A stretch of 64,000 nucleotides of DNA. It comes from Octopus vulgaris. Lineage: Eukaryota. The stretch spans positions 71,610,001 through 71,674,000 of the forward strand of contig OX597817.1 of NCBI GenBank assembly GCA_951406725.2. Reading direction: 5' to 3'. The notes under the pieces were generated by a model. The model searched no databases and was not told where the DNA came from. It was given only the letters and a program-made list of their open reading frames with translations. Shown piece by piece: positions 12,725 to 25,733 of the stretch. Every line of letters begins with the position of its first letter. Position 1 is the stretch's first letter. The translations under genes and the position numbers were made by a program.

Positions 12725-12851
12725 CAGCCACAGAGGCTCTGTAAACAGATTATAGGCACTGTTCGTCTTCCTCTGATCAAGCCATAGTGGGTATGTGCCG
12801 TGAGGCCGCGCTTTTGCCATTTTATATATTCTGTCACACTTTGTTTATCAC
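12725..12851 (-). CDS. Candidate host exon (127 nt), product unknown
   Basis: Non-repetitive, GC-richer block with CTAAT..CCACAG| acceptor and CTG|GTGAGA donor. An ATG at 12820 in AAAATGG context gives MAKARPHGTYPLWLDQRKTNSAYNLFTEPLWL; the phase-1 frame GDKQSVTEYIKWQKRGL... is also open. Confidence 0.3.
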
Positions 12852-13054
12852 CTGTGGATTATAACCAGGATTAGACAACGACAACTATGACGACGACGAT
12901 GACAACAACAGCAATAAGATGTCGAGGAAAACGACGATGACGATGGTGATGGCAACGGAGGCGTTGATGACGAGGCCATCTGTGATTTTACAACGATCAG
13001 ATAAAATTAGAATAACATCAGAATAAGATTATGTTAAAACTGCCATAAATTTGA

Positions 13055-13488
13055 TTTCAAATTTTGGCACAAGGCCAGCAACTTCGGTGGAATATGTAAG
13101 TTGATTACATACACCCCAGTACTCAACTGGTACTTATTTTATCGACCCCGAAAGGATAAAAGGTAAAGTTAACTTCAGCGGAATTTGAACTCAGAACTCG
13201 AAGAGGGGCGAAATGCTGCTAAGACTTTTGCTCATTGTGCTAACGATTCTGCTAGCTCACCGCCCTGAATTGACCGTAATATTGATTTCAAATTTTGGCA
13301 CAAGGCCAGAACTTTTGTGGCACCGGGTAAGTTGCTTACAGTGGTCAACTGGAACTTATTCTATTGACCCAAAAGGATGAAAGGTAAAGTCGACCTCGGT
13401 GAAATTTGAACTTAGAACGTAAAGACAAACGAAATGCCGCTAAACAGTTTTCGCCCGACATGCTAACTATTCTGCCAGATCACCACCT
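13055..13488 (-). mobile_element. Two tandem SINE family B copies
   Basis: Copies at 13055-13265 and 13283-13488. Confidence 0.8.
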
Positions 13489-14448
13489 TAAATTGTGATA
13501 ATAGTAATATACGAATAGCATAAGGTTAATACAAAATTATTAACATATAATTAACAGTTCAATTTTAGAAGCATAGCGAAAAAAAACAAAAACATAAGCG
13601 AGGCGAGAGAATCGCTATAAAGTTACACGATCTGCTAAATCTCTCTTAAATTATACCCTACCGTCTTGGAAAATGAACATTGCTCCTGGGTTCTCTACAG
13701 ATAAAAGTAGAGATATACCTTTGATTTTCTTTATATAGGTATGTCACTGACGGAATGCCTTTGATCAAGTGATCTACTTGATCAGAGCTGGCTGGAAGCT
13801 AAACTATAACAACAGATGTTACGTTACAGCAACAATAATGACGATGATGTTGTACAATAATTAATAAACAACATACATAACAGGTTTCTTTGTAGTATCG
13901 CAGCATAGACTCAGACATTGCAATTTCTTTAAATAGCAGAGAGATGTTTGTAAAAGGCTAATGGTATAAGGTTAACACTTGTTATAGTGTTGAGTTAAAT
14001 GTTGAAATGTCGAGTGCTTGTAGACGAACACACAGACATACACACATACACAAACGCACTTTTATATACATGTACGCACACACACTCGACCGCAAGCCGT
14101 CTGGCTTTTATTTATGTATTTTTTCTACTAACAAAGCTTATTTACCAATCTATCTGCATATGAACAAAAAGACAAACAAGCAAACATACATACATACATA
14201 CATACATACATACATACATACATACATACATACATACTTGTATGGATCTATGGCTGTATGCGCATGTCTAGACAAGCAACTACATGTTTGAGAATACATA
14301 GAACAAAACATACAAATATGCACATGCACTAACTCCAAATACTGCACATACACATACATACACGCACAAATACACTGATGATGCTGTTGAAATTCCAATG
14401 AAGGAATCTCGGATCTAGGCTAGAAACCGGCTCTTTCTCTGTTACTGC

Positions 14449-14846
14449 TTTACTTGTTTCAGTCATGTGACTGTGGCCATGCTGGAGCACCGCCTTTAGT
14501 CGAGCGAATCGACCCTAGAACTTATTCTTTGTAAGCCTAGTACTTATTCTATCGGTCTCTTTTGCCGAACCGCTAAGTAACGGGGACGTAAACACACCAG
14601 CATCGGTTGTCAAGCGATGTTGGGTGATAAACACAGACACACAAACATACACACACATACATATATACAAATATACATATATACGACGGGCTTCTTCCAG
14701 TTTCCGTCTACCAAATCCACTCACAAGGCTTTGGTCGGCCCGAGGCTGAAGTAGGAGACACTTGCTCAAGGTGCCATGCAGTGGGACTGAACCTGGAACC
14801 ATGTGGTTCGTAAGCAAGCTACTTACCACACAGCCACTCCTACGCC
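14449..14846 (-). mobile_element. SINE family A (tRNA-derived, CORE-like domain, internal microsatellite), full length
   Basis: Reverse complement of GGCGCAGGAGTGGCTGTGTGG..GGTTCAGTCCC..CACCTTGGGCAAGT..[microsatellite]..CATGGCCGCAGTC..GAAACAAGTAAA. Confidence 0.85.
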
Positions 14847-15363
14847 TAAAAATCTTGAAATAAAACTGAATAATGGCATACATATTCATTTCGGGCTTTC
14901 ATAAGGTCGCTTGATCTGTTAGAAATAGCAGCCACAATTTTTTTCACTCATGTCATATATTTTGAAAACAAAGGTTAGATAGGCCAATGTAATTGTTAGA
15001 TATACAAAAGAACTGGGACTGAAACACCTTTGAACAATGAAAAACAAATAACAGAAGCAGCAATAACAAACAACAACGACAGATACAGCAACAACAACAA
15101 CAACAACGAGATCAACAATAACAGCAACAATAGCTACGAAGCCAGCATCAACAACAGTATGTATTCAACAATTTATCTATTTGTTACATATTGACACAAA
15201 TCAATGAATTTATTGCTGCACGCACAAATATTATTTTATCTTTTACTCGGTCCATGCTAGGGTACCGCCTTCAAGAATTTTCAGTCGTATGAATTGACCC
15301 CAAATCGTATTCTCTTTTAAAGCCTAGTACTTATTCTATCGTGCCTTTTGTCGAACCGCTAAG

Positions 15364-15421
<58 letters not shown>

Positions 15422-15429
15422 CATATATA

Positions 15430-15600
15430 GGCGCAGGAGTGGCTGGGTGGTAAGTAGCTTGTTTACCAACCACATGGTTCTGGGTTCAGTCCCACAGCGG
15501 GGCACCTTGGGCAAGTGTCTTTTACTATAGCCGCAGGCTAAGCAAAACCTTGTGAGTAGATTTGATAGACGGAAACTGAAAGAAGCCCGTCGTATATATG

Positions 15601-15631
<31 letters not shown>

Positions 15632-15860
15632 GCGTGTGTGTTTTTGTGTGTCTGTGGTTGTCCCCCTAGCATTGCTTGACAACCGATGCTGGTGTGTTTA
15701 TGTCCCCGTTACTTAGCGGTTCGGCAAAAGAGACTGATAGAATAAGTACTGGGCTTACAAAAGAATAAGTCCCGGGGTCGAGTTGCTCGATTAAAGGCGG
15801 TGCTCTAGCATGGCCGCAGTCAAATGATTGAAACAAGTAAAAGAGTAAAAGAGTAAAGAG
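15430..15860 (+). mobile_element. SINE family A, full length
   Basis: A/B-box-like head, CACCTTGGGCAAGT, internal (TA)n and a (GTAAAAGA)n tail. Confidence 0.9.
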
Positions 15861-15889
15861 TATATGTAATACTTACACACACACACACA

Positions 15890-16001
<112 letters not shown>

Positions 16002-16738
16002 TAAATGGATACAGGACGTCACAAAACGTAAGCAGAATGCAATCCGAAAACTACACGAAATACGAAGGCAAAATTGGGTATTGCGAACAACGAGAGAAAC
16101 AAATGGAAAACAAGACAAATAACATAAAGAACGACCCTTCATCAGTTGTCGGCTGTTCATCTACTCCACATTTCGAGCAATTAACGACAATATATATATA
16201 TATATACCCGATGGGGTTTTTTCAGTTCCCGCTTACAAAATCCAATCTCAAGACTTTGGTCGTCCCGAGGCTATAGAAGGTGCTACACAGTGGGACTGAA
16301 CCTGGACCCATATGATTAGGAAGCAACCTTCTAACCGTTCAAGTAAAACAAAGCTTTTATAGAGACATTTAGTAATTTGTTGCCAGCATTCGGGATAGAC
16401 CACCTTCTAGCTTGAAGATAACGCCAGCCCTTCATCATACGAAATTTGTAGTCTTCGATGGTTTCTCTGGCTAACTGAGTATAGAAAGAAACGCACAGAC
16501 ACACACACAGACACACACACACACATACATTCTCTCTCGCACACACATACAAGCACACAGGAACCTAGGAATGCTTGAGTAGTTAAGCAGTTTTTTTCAC
16601 AACTACAAGCTCAGTGGTTTGATTTTCCTGCGTGACATATCAAATGTTTTTACCAAAGTATCAGATAGACTTGAGCATTGTGTGTAAAACGAGATAGACG
16701 GAAACAGTATAGATGCGCATATATTTACACACACACCC

Positions 16739-16777
<39 letters not shown>

Positions 16778-16825
16778 TGCATACATACACACACAGAAGT
16801 ACATACAGGGTATGTATACACACAC

Positions 16826-16868
<43 letters not shown>

Positions 16869-16918
16869 CGTCACCAGAAGAGCTGACACCATCGACGTCG
16901 ATGTTCGCCTGGGGCTAA

Positions 16919-16981
<63 letters not shown>

Positions 16982-17004
16982 TATATATATGTACACATAC
17001 ATAT

Positions 17005-17200
17005 AGGTGTGGCTGTGTGGTAACAAGCTTGTTTCCCAACCACATGATTCTGGGTTTAGTTCCATTGTATGACACCTTGGGCAAGTTTCTTCTATAGCCT
17101 CTGGCCGACCAAGGCCTTGTGAGTGGATTTGAAAGAAGCCCTTCGTATATATATATATATAGACAAACTATATATATATATAGAGAGAGAGAGAGAGACA

Positions 17201-17241
<41 letters not shown>

Positions 17242-17470
17242 AAATATATGTGTTTGTGTGTTTGTGTCTGTGTTTTTCCCATCACTGCTTGACAACCGGT
17301 GTTAGTATGTTTACGTCCTCTGTAACTTAGTAGTTCGGAGAAAGAGACCTATAGAATAAGTACTAGGGTTAAAAATCAAGTTCTGGGGTAGATTTGTTTG
17401 ACTAAAACACTCCAAGGCGGTGCTCCAGCATGCAGCGTGGCTGCAGTCAAATAACTTGAACAAGTAAAAG
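17005..17470 (+). mobile_element. SINE family A
   Basis: Head and tail match family A. Confidence 0.8.
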
Positions 17471-18289
17471 AATTGGCACATATTTATGTTTATATAAATA
17501 TATGTACATATATACATATGTATATACACATAAATAATCATGCAAGCTGTATATATGCATATATAGAAAAACATATACACATGTATACATATACACATAT
17601 ACACATATAACGGCTGTGCGTCAGCATGGTCGCAGCTCTGAGCTGAAACTAGAGAGAAAAAAAATATATATATAAATACACGTACGCGTGCGCGCACACA
17701 CATTTACTTATATGTTTATATGTAAGTTTGTGTGAATGAATCTTGTGAGGATGATGAATGGCACTTTTGTAACGGTATTCCATCTTAGTCAAGATGGATG
17801 GAGAATAAGAGCGTTCACCTTCCAAATCTCGTTAACTAATACTTATGAGGCAAAAATATTTGTAGTGCATATAGGTAGCTGCATCACAGTGTTTTGCTTC
17901 GGTTGGCTAATCAAATCAAGTAAAGTGTTTGCAGTTTCTGGGGATCTTCTGTGTAGGCGGTGTCTCCACTAAAGTGCACGAAAATTGGAATGGCAAAAGA
18001 TATTGATAAATCGAATGAAACATAAATAGTACTGGCAGCATGAAGCGAGATATGTAGTATGTCCAAAAATCTCCTCAGGTGTAAAAATATTGACGGTAAG
18101 ATAGCCACAAATGGGTTAGATGCTCATATATGTATCCTTAGTTATCAATGGATAGTGTTAAAAAAAGTTCATAGCCGTCATAGCAAAGGTGTATGACCTG
18201 GTAACATGTACCATGCTTTCACTAACAGTTTTAGAGTTAGGAGCAAGCATAGACATTTTTTTTATCTAGTGGAACATCAAGGATGAGAC

Positions 18290-18470
18290 AGCAGGTGGAA
18301 GAGAAGGTAGCACCAGCGCTTGGCTGGTACTCACTTTCAACTGAGATGAATGGGGGAACATAAGATAAAATGCCTTGTCCAAGGAAACAATACTACGATT
18401 GCTCCAGGAATCAAATCCACAACTATAATCATGAGACCCATACCTTAACAACTAGGCCATGCACCTTCAC
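18290..18470 (-). mobile_element. SINE family C (tRNA-like head, TCCTTGGACAAGGCA domain)
   Basis: Minus strand reads GTGAAGGTGCATGGCCTAGTTGTTAAGG...TTTGATTCCTGG...TTTCCTTGGACAAGGCATTTTATC. A related fragment lies near 40750-40970. Confidence 0.55.
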
Positions 18471-18679
18471 TGTGTATGATATTAGAAGATGAAAGGGAAA
18501 CGATGGTGAAGCTGGGTTCTAAGCTGCTGATCCAAATACTAACCATAGGGAAGAAGAGATGAATTCAAAACTATAGTTGCTGGTGATTATGACCAAAAAT
18601 ATTAGGATGGTCAATTATGCTGAATTACATGTATGGTGTACTGGAAACTAGGAATAACTCTTCTTGCATCAAAATAACT

Positions 18680-19980
18680 AGGAACGTGCATCAAAAGAAC
18701 GTTATAAAACTATGGAAAATTTAACAATCTTATTCATGAAACAAAAAAATATATTTCACATTATGGGAATAACTAAAACTAAATGATCGGTTGAGAGAAA
18801 AATTGCAATAGAAAAGCATGCAGTCTGGTGGAAAAGAACATAAGAAAAGAGTAGGCATAATAATGAACACTAGCAAAAGTACAAATTGGATATTTGAGAA
18901 TTTCAATTATATTGCTTATAATGAAACTACAAGCAAAACCTCACAGTAACAATATCACACTGCTGCACATTCTACCTAAGACCATCATGATGAAGAGACA
19001 GATGCTTACCAGAAAATTCTAAATGTAATATAATATAGCAAAGCTAAAGAAACCTCAATTACAACACAATGTTTTAATGCAAAAGAGGGCAAAGAAAATA
19101 CCGAGAATATAACGGGTGAATATGGATTAAATGGAAGAGATGAAAGAGGCAACCGAATGATCTATTTTTGTGAAAGAAATTGTTTATCAGTTGCTAACAT
19201 TTTATTTCAGCAATAAAGAATATCATACAGGCTGGATAATCTAGGTAGCATAACAAGAAATCACATTCATTATTAATATCGATAAACCAACAATTCAGAA
19301 ACGGTGTGAATCTTATTAATACTTACCCTGGAGCAGATATCATTCCAGACTATAAACCAATGGTAATTAAATTACAAACCAAGCGTAAGAAATTTAAGAG
19401 ACGAGAACAATTAAACTTAAATTTGCTAAAGCAGACAGAATATAAACAGAATTGTAATATGAAAATAAAAATGAAAATGATCGTTAGCACAACAAAAAAA
19501 TACAAGAATCACATAGTAAAGAAAAAAACAAAAAACAGGTAAGAATGGAACGCGAAATTTGTATGCAAACATCACGAACAAAACTACTGGCTGAAAGAGA
19601 AAAGGAAAATAAAATAAAATGAATGACTGATGAACTTTTATTAAAAGAAAATCACGTAAGAAAGAAATATTAGAACAAAGATCATTATTGACAGGAAAAT
19701 TCAAAGAGAACTCGTATAAAAGTACAGAAGCAGCAAAAACAACAAGCAATTAATACCAAATGGTTGAATGATCAATGCCAAGAAGTTGAAAAACTTAATA
19801 TATTGCATAAATATGAAGAAATTTATGATAAAATAAATGGGATAACAAGCGGCAAACGTATGACTTTAACATAATATTAGCAATGGAAATATACTGTTTG
19901 ATCATGAAGAGACTATATCAAAATGGAATAAATACATAAAATCATTGAGCAAGATGAAACCAGAGGGCCTGTGTCTAAGC
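18680..19980 (+). mobile_element. Decayed RTE-clade LINE, APE endonuclease region
   Basis: FNAKEGKE...GEYGLNGRDERGNRMIYFC....LSVANILF and YPGADIIPDY (cf. YPGADxxSDH), with many stops and frameshifts. Confidence 0.75.
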
Positions 19981-20009
19981 TTTGAAGCTTCAAATGATAA
20001 CAAAATATT

Positions 20010-20190
20010 CGTTTCAAATTTTGGCACAAGGCCAGCAATTTTGGAGTGCGGAGTAAATCGATTACAGTGCTCAAATGGTACTTATTTTGATGACCCCTAA
20101 AAGCAGAATTTAAACTCAGAACGTAAAGACGGACGAAACGCCGCACAGCATTTTGCCCGGCGTGCTAACGATTCTACCAGCTTGCGGCCT
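20010..20190 (-). mobile_element. SINE family B nested at the end of the RTE fragment
   Basis: Family B match. Confidence 0.7.
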
Positions 20191-20484
20191 TAATGGCAGC
20201 AAAGTATTAAAAGCAGCAATGGCAACAAATTCAATGAAAAGTGGAATGAATACTGGAGCAAATAGGCAGAATCATTTTTAAAAATTACATAGGTGCAACA
20301 AAGAACTATTAATAGACTTTGAAATGAAATAGATTATGCCCATTACCAGCATCACCCACAACAAAAACATCTCTGTCCTGCTTATAGTTTAGAATTATAA
20401 GCCTAATATGACGATCAGTGTAAACAAGCACAAATTGTCAAGCGGTGGTAAGAGACAAACACAAGGAGACACACGCATATATAT

Positions 20485-21088
20485 ACTCTTTTACTCTTTT
20501 ACTTGTTTCAGTCATTTGACTGCGGTCATGCTGGAGCAACGCCTTTAATCGAGCAACTCAACCCCGGGACTTATTCTTTGTAAGCCCAGTACTTATTCTA
20601 TCGATCTCTTTTGTCGAACCGCTAAGTAACGGGGACATAAATACACCAGCATCGGTTGTCAAGCAATGCTAGGGGGACAATCACACAAACACTCTCACAC
20701 ATGTTGATTCGTTAGCTACTGCACGCATTTTTTCTCTCCTTCTTTCTGTGTTTTTCTCTCTCTGTGTATCTTTCTGTTGAAGAGCGTAGGCTCGAAACGT
20801 TAAAGACTTGTTTTATTTATATTTCCTGAGCGCCATACTAATACAATTGTTCGTTTGTTTTCCACCTGCCTTCGTCTTTTGTTTATTTTCATAAAGCTTA
20901 CCGTTATATATATATATACATATATACGACAGGCTTCTTTCAGTTTCCGTCAACCAAATCCACTCACAAGGCTTTGGTCAGCCCGAGGCTATAGTAGAAG
21001 ACACTTGCCCAAGGTGCCACGCAGTGGGACTGAACCCGGAACCATGTGGTTGGTAAACAAGATACTTACCACACAGCCACTCCTGCGC
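20485..21088 (-). mobile_element. SINE family A with an HHR-bearing insert in its microsatellite
   Basis: Tail at 20485-20690, head at 20925-21088, unrelated insert at ~20700-20905. Confidence 0.8.
20769..20806 (+). ncRNA. Ultra-minimal hammerhead-like motif (variant core)
   Basis: TCTTT CTGTTGA A GAGC GTAG GCTC GAAAC GTT AAAGA. Helix I is TCTTT/AAAGA, helix II is GAGC/GCTC and helix III is the loopless palindrome AACGTT. The core carries an A>T change. Confidence 0.45.
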
Positions 21089-21167
21089 CTATATATATAT
21101 ATATTTTTTTTTTCGTAATGAGATAAAGAAACCAAGGTTGTTCAGATTCTAGAACATTTATAAATAG

Positions 21168-21215
21168 GTCTTACAGCTGTTTCCAGGATATTTATCATAT
21201 TCCTTCATCGGAGAC
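21168..21215 (-). ncRNA. Type I hammerhead motif, CCGAUGA variant
   Basis: GTCT CCGATGA AGGAATAT GATAA ATATCCTG GAAA CAGCTG TA AGAC. Confidence 0.6.
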
Positions 21216-21283
21216 GGTGTGAGAAAATGGTTAAGCAGTAGTTAATTTAGCAATAGTTAATTGCTTAACCATTCTCTCACACT

Positions 21284-21331
21284 GTCTCCGATGAAGGGAT
21301 ATAATAAGTATTCTGGAAATAGCTGTAAGAC
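21284..21331 (+). ncRNA. Type I hammerhead motif, CCGAUGA variant
   Basis: GTCT CCGATGA AGGGATA TAATAAG TATTCTG GAAA TAGCTG TA AGAC. Confidence 0.55.
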
Positions 21332-21579
21332 CTTCTATTTATAAATGTTCTAAAATCTACACAGCCTTGGTTTTTTTTATCTTTTTACGCACAAAAATGT
21401 TTTTTATATATATGCACACGTTGATATATGACCTACGTTGGACACCTTATTTGCATAATCACCGAACCTGGAGCTTAACTATGGTCTATCCATAGCACTT
21501 ACTCAGCATTACCTGACAGTTTTGGGTCTTACTGACACCATTATCTCTCATAACCTCTCTCTCTGTCTGTCTGTCTGTC

Positions 21580-21610
<31 letters not shown>

Positions 21611-21625
21611 ATATATATATATATG

Positions 21626-21661
<36 letters not shown>

Positions 21662-21694
21662 TGTGTGTGTGTGTGTGTGTATACACATATATAT

Positions 21695-22780
21695 GACGGA
21701 CTTCTTTCAGTTTCAGTGTACCAAATCCACTCACAAGGCTTTGGACAGCTCGGGATTAGTGTAGAAGACACTTTCCCAACGTGCCATGCAGTGAGACTGA
21801 ATCCGAAACTATGTGGTTGGGAAGTAAACTTGGAAGACGTCAAAAATATTCTTTTCTACTCTAGGCACAAGGCCTGAAATGTTTGGGGAGGGGGTCAGTC
21901 GATTAGATCGACTCTAGTATGCAACTGGTACTTAATTTATCGACCCCCAAAGGATGAAAAGCAAAGTCAACCTCGGCTGAGAAGTTAAAGATATTAACAT
22001 CAAGAAACATTTGTATCAAAACAAGAAAAAGATTAGTGAAATGCTTTGTAAAACAAGGCGGCGAGCCGGGCGAAATGTTTAGCAGTATTTACGTTAAAAT
22101 TCCGCCGAGGTCGATTTTGATTTTCATCCTTTCGGGGTCGATAAATTAAGTACCAGTCCCGTACTGTGGTCGATCTAATCGACTGACTCCCCTCCTCCAA
22201 AATTTCGGGAATTGTACATAGAGTAGAAAAGAAAATGCTTTGTAAAGCTCACTCGACTATACAGAGTTCAAAACTTGTTGATTAAGAAAAAAATTCAGAA
22301 TATTCTGGGTAAAACGCAAAACCAAACCAAAAAAGTACTAGAAACTAGCAAAAACATACTTTTGTCTTTCATCTGTCACTTGTCTCAGTCATTAGACCAC
22401 GGCCACGTTAGGGAACCGCTTGAAGAGTTTAATCGATCAGATTTCCTCCGGTACTTATTTTGTAAGTCTCGTACTTATTCTATGCGGTTCTTATTCTTGC
22501 GGAACCGCCATCTTACAGTGATGTAAACAAACCAGCACTAGTTGTCAATCGGTGGGAGGGAGTAACAAATGTATTCACACATATACACGCACACGCACAT
22601 GCACACGCATATATATGAGCTTCAATACAGTTTCCATCTATCAAATATATTTACAAAGTATTAATCGTCCTAAGGCTCTAGTAGAAGACACTTGCCCAAG
22701 GTGCCATGCAGTGGGATTGAACCCGAAAGCATGTGGTTGCAAAGCGAACTTCTTAGCCAAACAACCATGTCTTGTCCTAT
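21695..22780. mobile_element. Cluster of partial SINEs (A -, B -, B +, A -)
   Basis: Fragments at 21695-21830, 21855-21978, 22057-22230 and 22370-22780. Confidence 0.7.
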
Positions 22781-23051
22781 ATATTTTTCTATGACCGTTA
22801 ACTACTTAGCAGTATTTTACGGAAGTATGAATAACTGCACACACACACACATACACACACACACATACACACACACACATACACACACACACATACACAC
22901 ACACACACTCTTTCTCTCTCACGCACACACGCACAAATACATTCACGCGCATATATGCACACAATGCGTACATATATAGTCCGTTTGAAAGCAGATCAAC
23001 GGCATAAGTAAACTAACTGAAACGTGTAGAAAAACGTGTGTGTACGTGGGA

Positions 23052-23105
<54 letters not shown>

Positions 23106-23114
23106 ATATATATA

Positions 23115-23182
<68 letters not shown>

Positions 23183-23995
23183 ACGCATACACATACTGAA
23201 CGTACATATATATGTATACATATGTGTATGTATATATGTATGTATGCAGGCAGCGTAGGGAACACAACAGCATGCCAGATGGGATATGTTAGACAGTACA
23301 AGTTATTTATACAAATACAGAAGCTAATTTACACAAGCCGATGACTGATTTTGTGGCAAACATAATTTAGCCGGCACCGGAAATGAAAATATCAAGAATT
23401 TGGTAAATGAAGTTCTTTATTAGACAAAGAAGAAAACACCTGCAAAATATGCGACGAGATGAGTGGTTAAATGCTTGGTATTTGTTTCCGCATGGAAAGT
23501 ACTTGAATACACACACACACACACAGAAACACATATACATACGTACGCATGCGCACATACACACAAGCAGAAACACACACATAGACACACAAACCACACT
23601 TAACACATGCACACACGCATGCGCTCAAAATACAGTTATTTAATTGACTTGAAACCTGTGCTCCAGCATGGCCGAAATTCAATAACTGAAACTAGTAGAA
23701 AGATGTATGAGCATGTGTGTTCTCGCATGTGTGTATATTTTTGTGCGTTTGCGGCTATATATATATATAGTTTCGCTTTTTTCGCTTGTTTTCTGACTTT
23801 ATTATCATCTTATAATCATCTCATAATAATGACTTATTACTCTTATGACTACCTCAGTCCAATTAAATGTATATATTTGTCGTTACCTTTCATAAAAAGC
23901 CTTTTTTTATTTACAATGTGCATTTTCGTTGATTTTTCATATTTTACCCTTACATTTCCACGTGTATTTTATATTTTCTTTTTGTAACATATTTC

Positions 23996-24108
<113 letters not shown>

Positions 24109-24109
24109 T

Positions 24110-25012
24110 ACTAGCTGACGTACCAGGTAATTCCCTGGAAAGCGGGGATTATCCCTTGGTTCCGTTCTCATAATTTTTTCGCTAATCCATTAACAACACA
24201 TAGTATGTAGCCCTTAAAAGGGTTTTTGTGCATTTACAGAGAATTCCGAACTGTCTTGCACAGGATCTCATTTTTAAGAATTCCCAATAGGTTATGAATA
24301 GTCAAATTGTGAAGCCAGTTTTGTAATAACATGAAATTAGTTAGTAAGAATTTAAATAAATAGTAAGAATTCAAATAAAGTAGCTCCGAAAAGGGCTTTA
24401 ATGCGTTCCCAGAGCATATAGAACTTAGGAGGAAATACTAATAAGGTATGTATACTGAAATCGTGAAGCATGTTACGTAATAAAATGCTAATCAGTTATG
24501 AGATAATAACAATTGAAAGTAAATAACTCTGAAAGGGGCTTTTGTGCGTTCCCAGAGAATATTACCCTCAGTGGCGCTGGTGTTGGTATATTCGTGAGTA
24601 AGTCACAAACCGAAATAAGTGGATCTACAGTTTAGGAAAATACTATTTATTTGTTTGTGGGTTGTACTGGATAAATTGCGAAAATAACTCTAACAGTTCA
24701 AATACTAAGAAATACGCATACTCAATTTGATTTATACCAAATGATTTAGGGAAATGAATGGGTTATTTCCCCTGGCTGCTAAAATCTGGGTGAATGGGTT
24801 ATTTCCCTTGGCTGTTAAAATGAAATATATTAGATGTATATAAGGATCCCTTCCATGGGACCTAGTATCAATTTTTTCAACAATTTGAGTATGCCATGAG
24901 ATTTCCAGATACGAGTTCTACTCACTTGTCAAGTTTCATCAAAATCGATAAAACGATGTGGGAAGTGTTAGCTAACAACTCCACAAACACACCCACAGAC
25001 AGAATATCCCGC
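24110..25012 (+). mobile_element. Second Lep1-like Helitron-type element
   Basis: 5' end ACTAGCTGACGTACCAGGTAATTCCCTGGAAAGCGG is homologous to 3721. The 3' end AAGTTTCATCAAAATCG...ACAGACAGAAT runs into (TA)n. Confidence 0.6.
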
Positions 25013-25023
25013 ATATATATATA

Positions 25024-25083
<60 letters not shown>

Positions 25084-25084
25084 T

Positions 25085-25136
<52 letters not shown>

Positions 25137-25141
<5 letters not shown>

Positions 25142-25520
25142 AATTATACATCCACGATGAGTAGGATATAAAGATTGCCATTCAGTTTTAATACTCTTTC
25201 GCCGCTAATATTTATGTCTTTACAAACCGGCTATTTGCGACATCGATGACTTAAAAATCGTTATTATTCTATATATCGATGGCAGTCAGATTTGGCTGAT
25301 ATGCGGCAACCGAACGGCTGCCACTGAGGAAGTGCAGTACGCTGAAACCTCTTGATTTAACAGTTCCGGTGCCCATACCAAACCGTTCTCGTCTGCTACA
25401 AAATATGTACATGCTCTTCGCATCGTACATCTGAATGAGAGGGTCTTTCAAAGGGAAAACCGTAGTAATCGGCGTTCTAATTATACATCCATGTTAAATA
25501 GGATATAAAGATTGCCATTC
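25137..25520 (+). mobile_element. 337-bp unit bounded by 47-bp direct repeats, containing an HHR-like core
   Basis: 25137-25183 matches 25474-25520. Internally, TGGCAGTC...GGCTGCCA CTGAGGA AGTG CAGTA CGCT GAAAC. Confidence 0.5.
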
Positions 25521-25668
25521 TACACATATTATATGCGTGCACGCGCGTATGATGTGTGCATGTATGTGTACATATATCTGGAAACAGATGCGCATGTATT
25601 TACTCGTATATTCTGGCATTGTGATGAATGAGTATGCATAAATATAGGCCTATGCATGTACTCCCATA

Positions 25669-25732
<64 letters not shown>

Positions 25733-25733
<1 letters not shown>

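Larger units (their letters stand above)
21122..21381. repeat. Fold-back inverted repeat (~115-bp arms) with an HHR in each arm
   Basis: 21122-21236 is the approximate reverse complement of 21263-21381. Confidence 0.85.

Noticed and set aside
16130-16180. Possible type II hammerhead (CGAAATGTGGAGTA...CAACTGATGAAGGG on -; homologue at ~57934-57967 +)
   Set aside because: Helix I cannot be paired next to the cleavage triplet, and the second copy lacks CTGATGA. It is a repeat family, but the ribozyme is unsupported.
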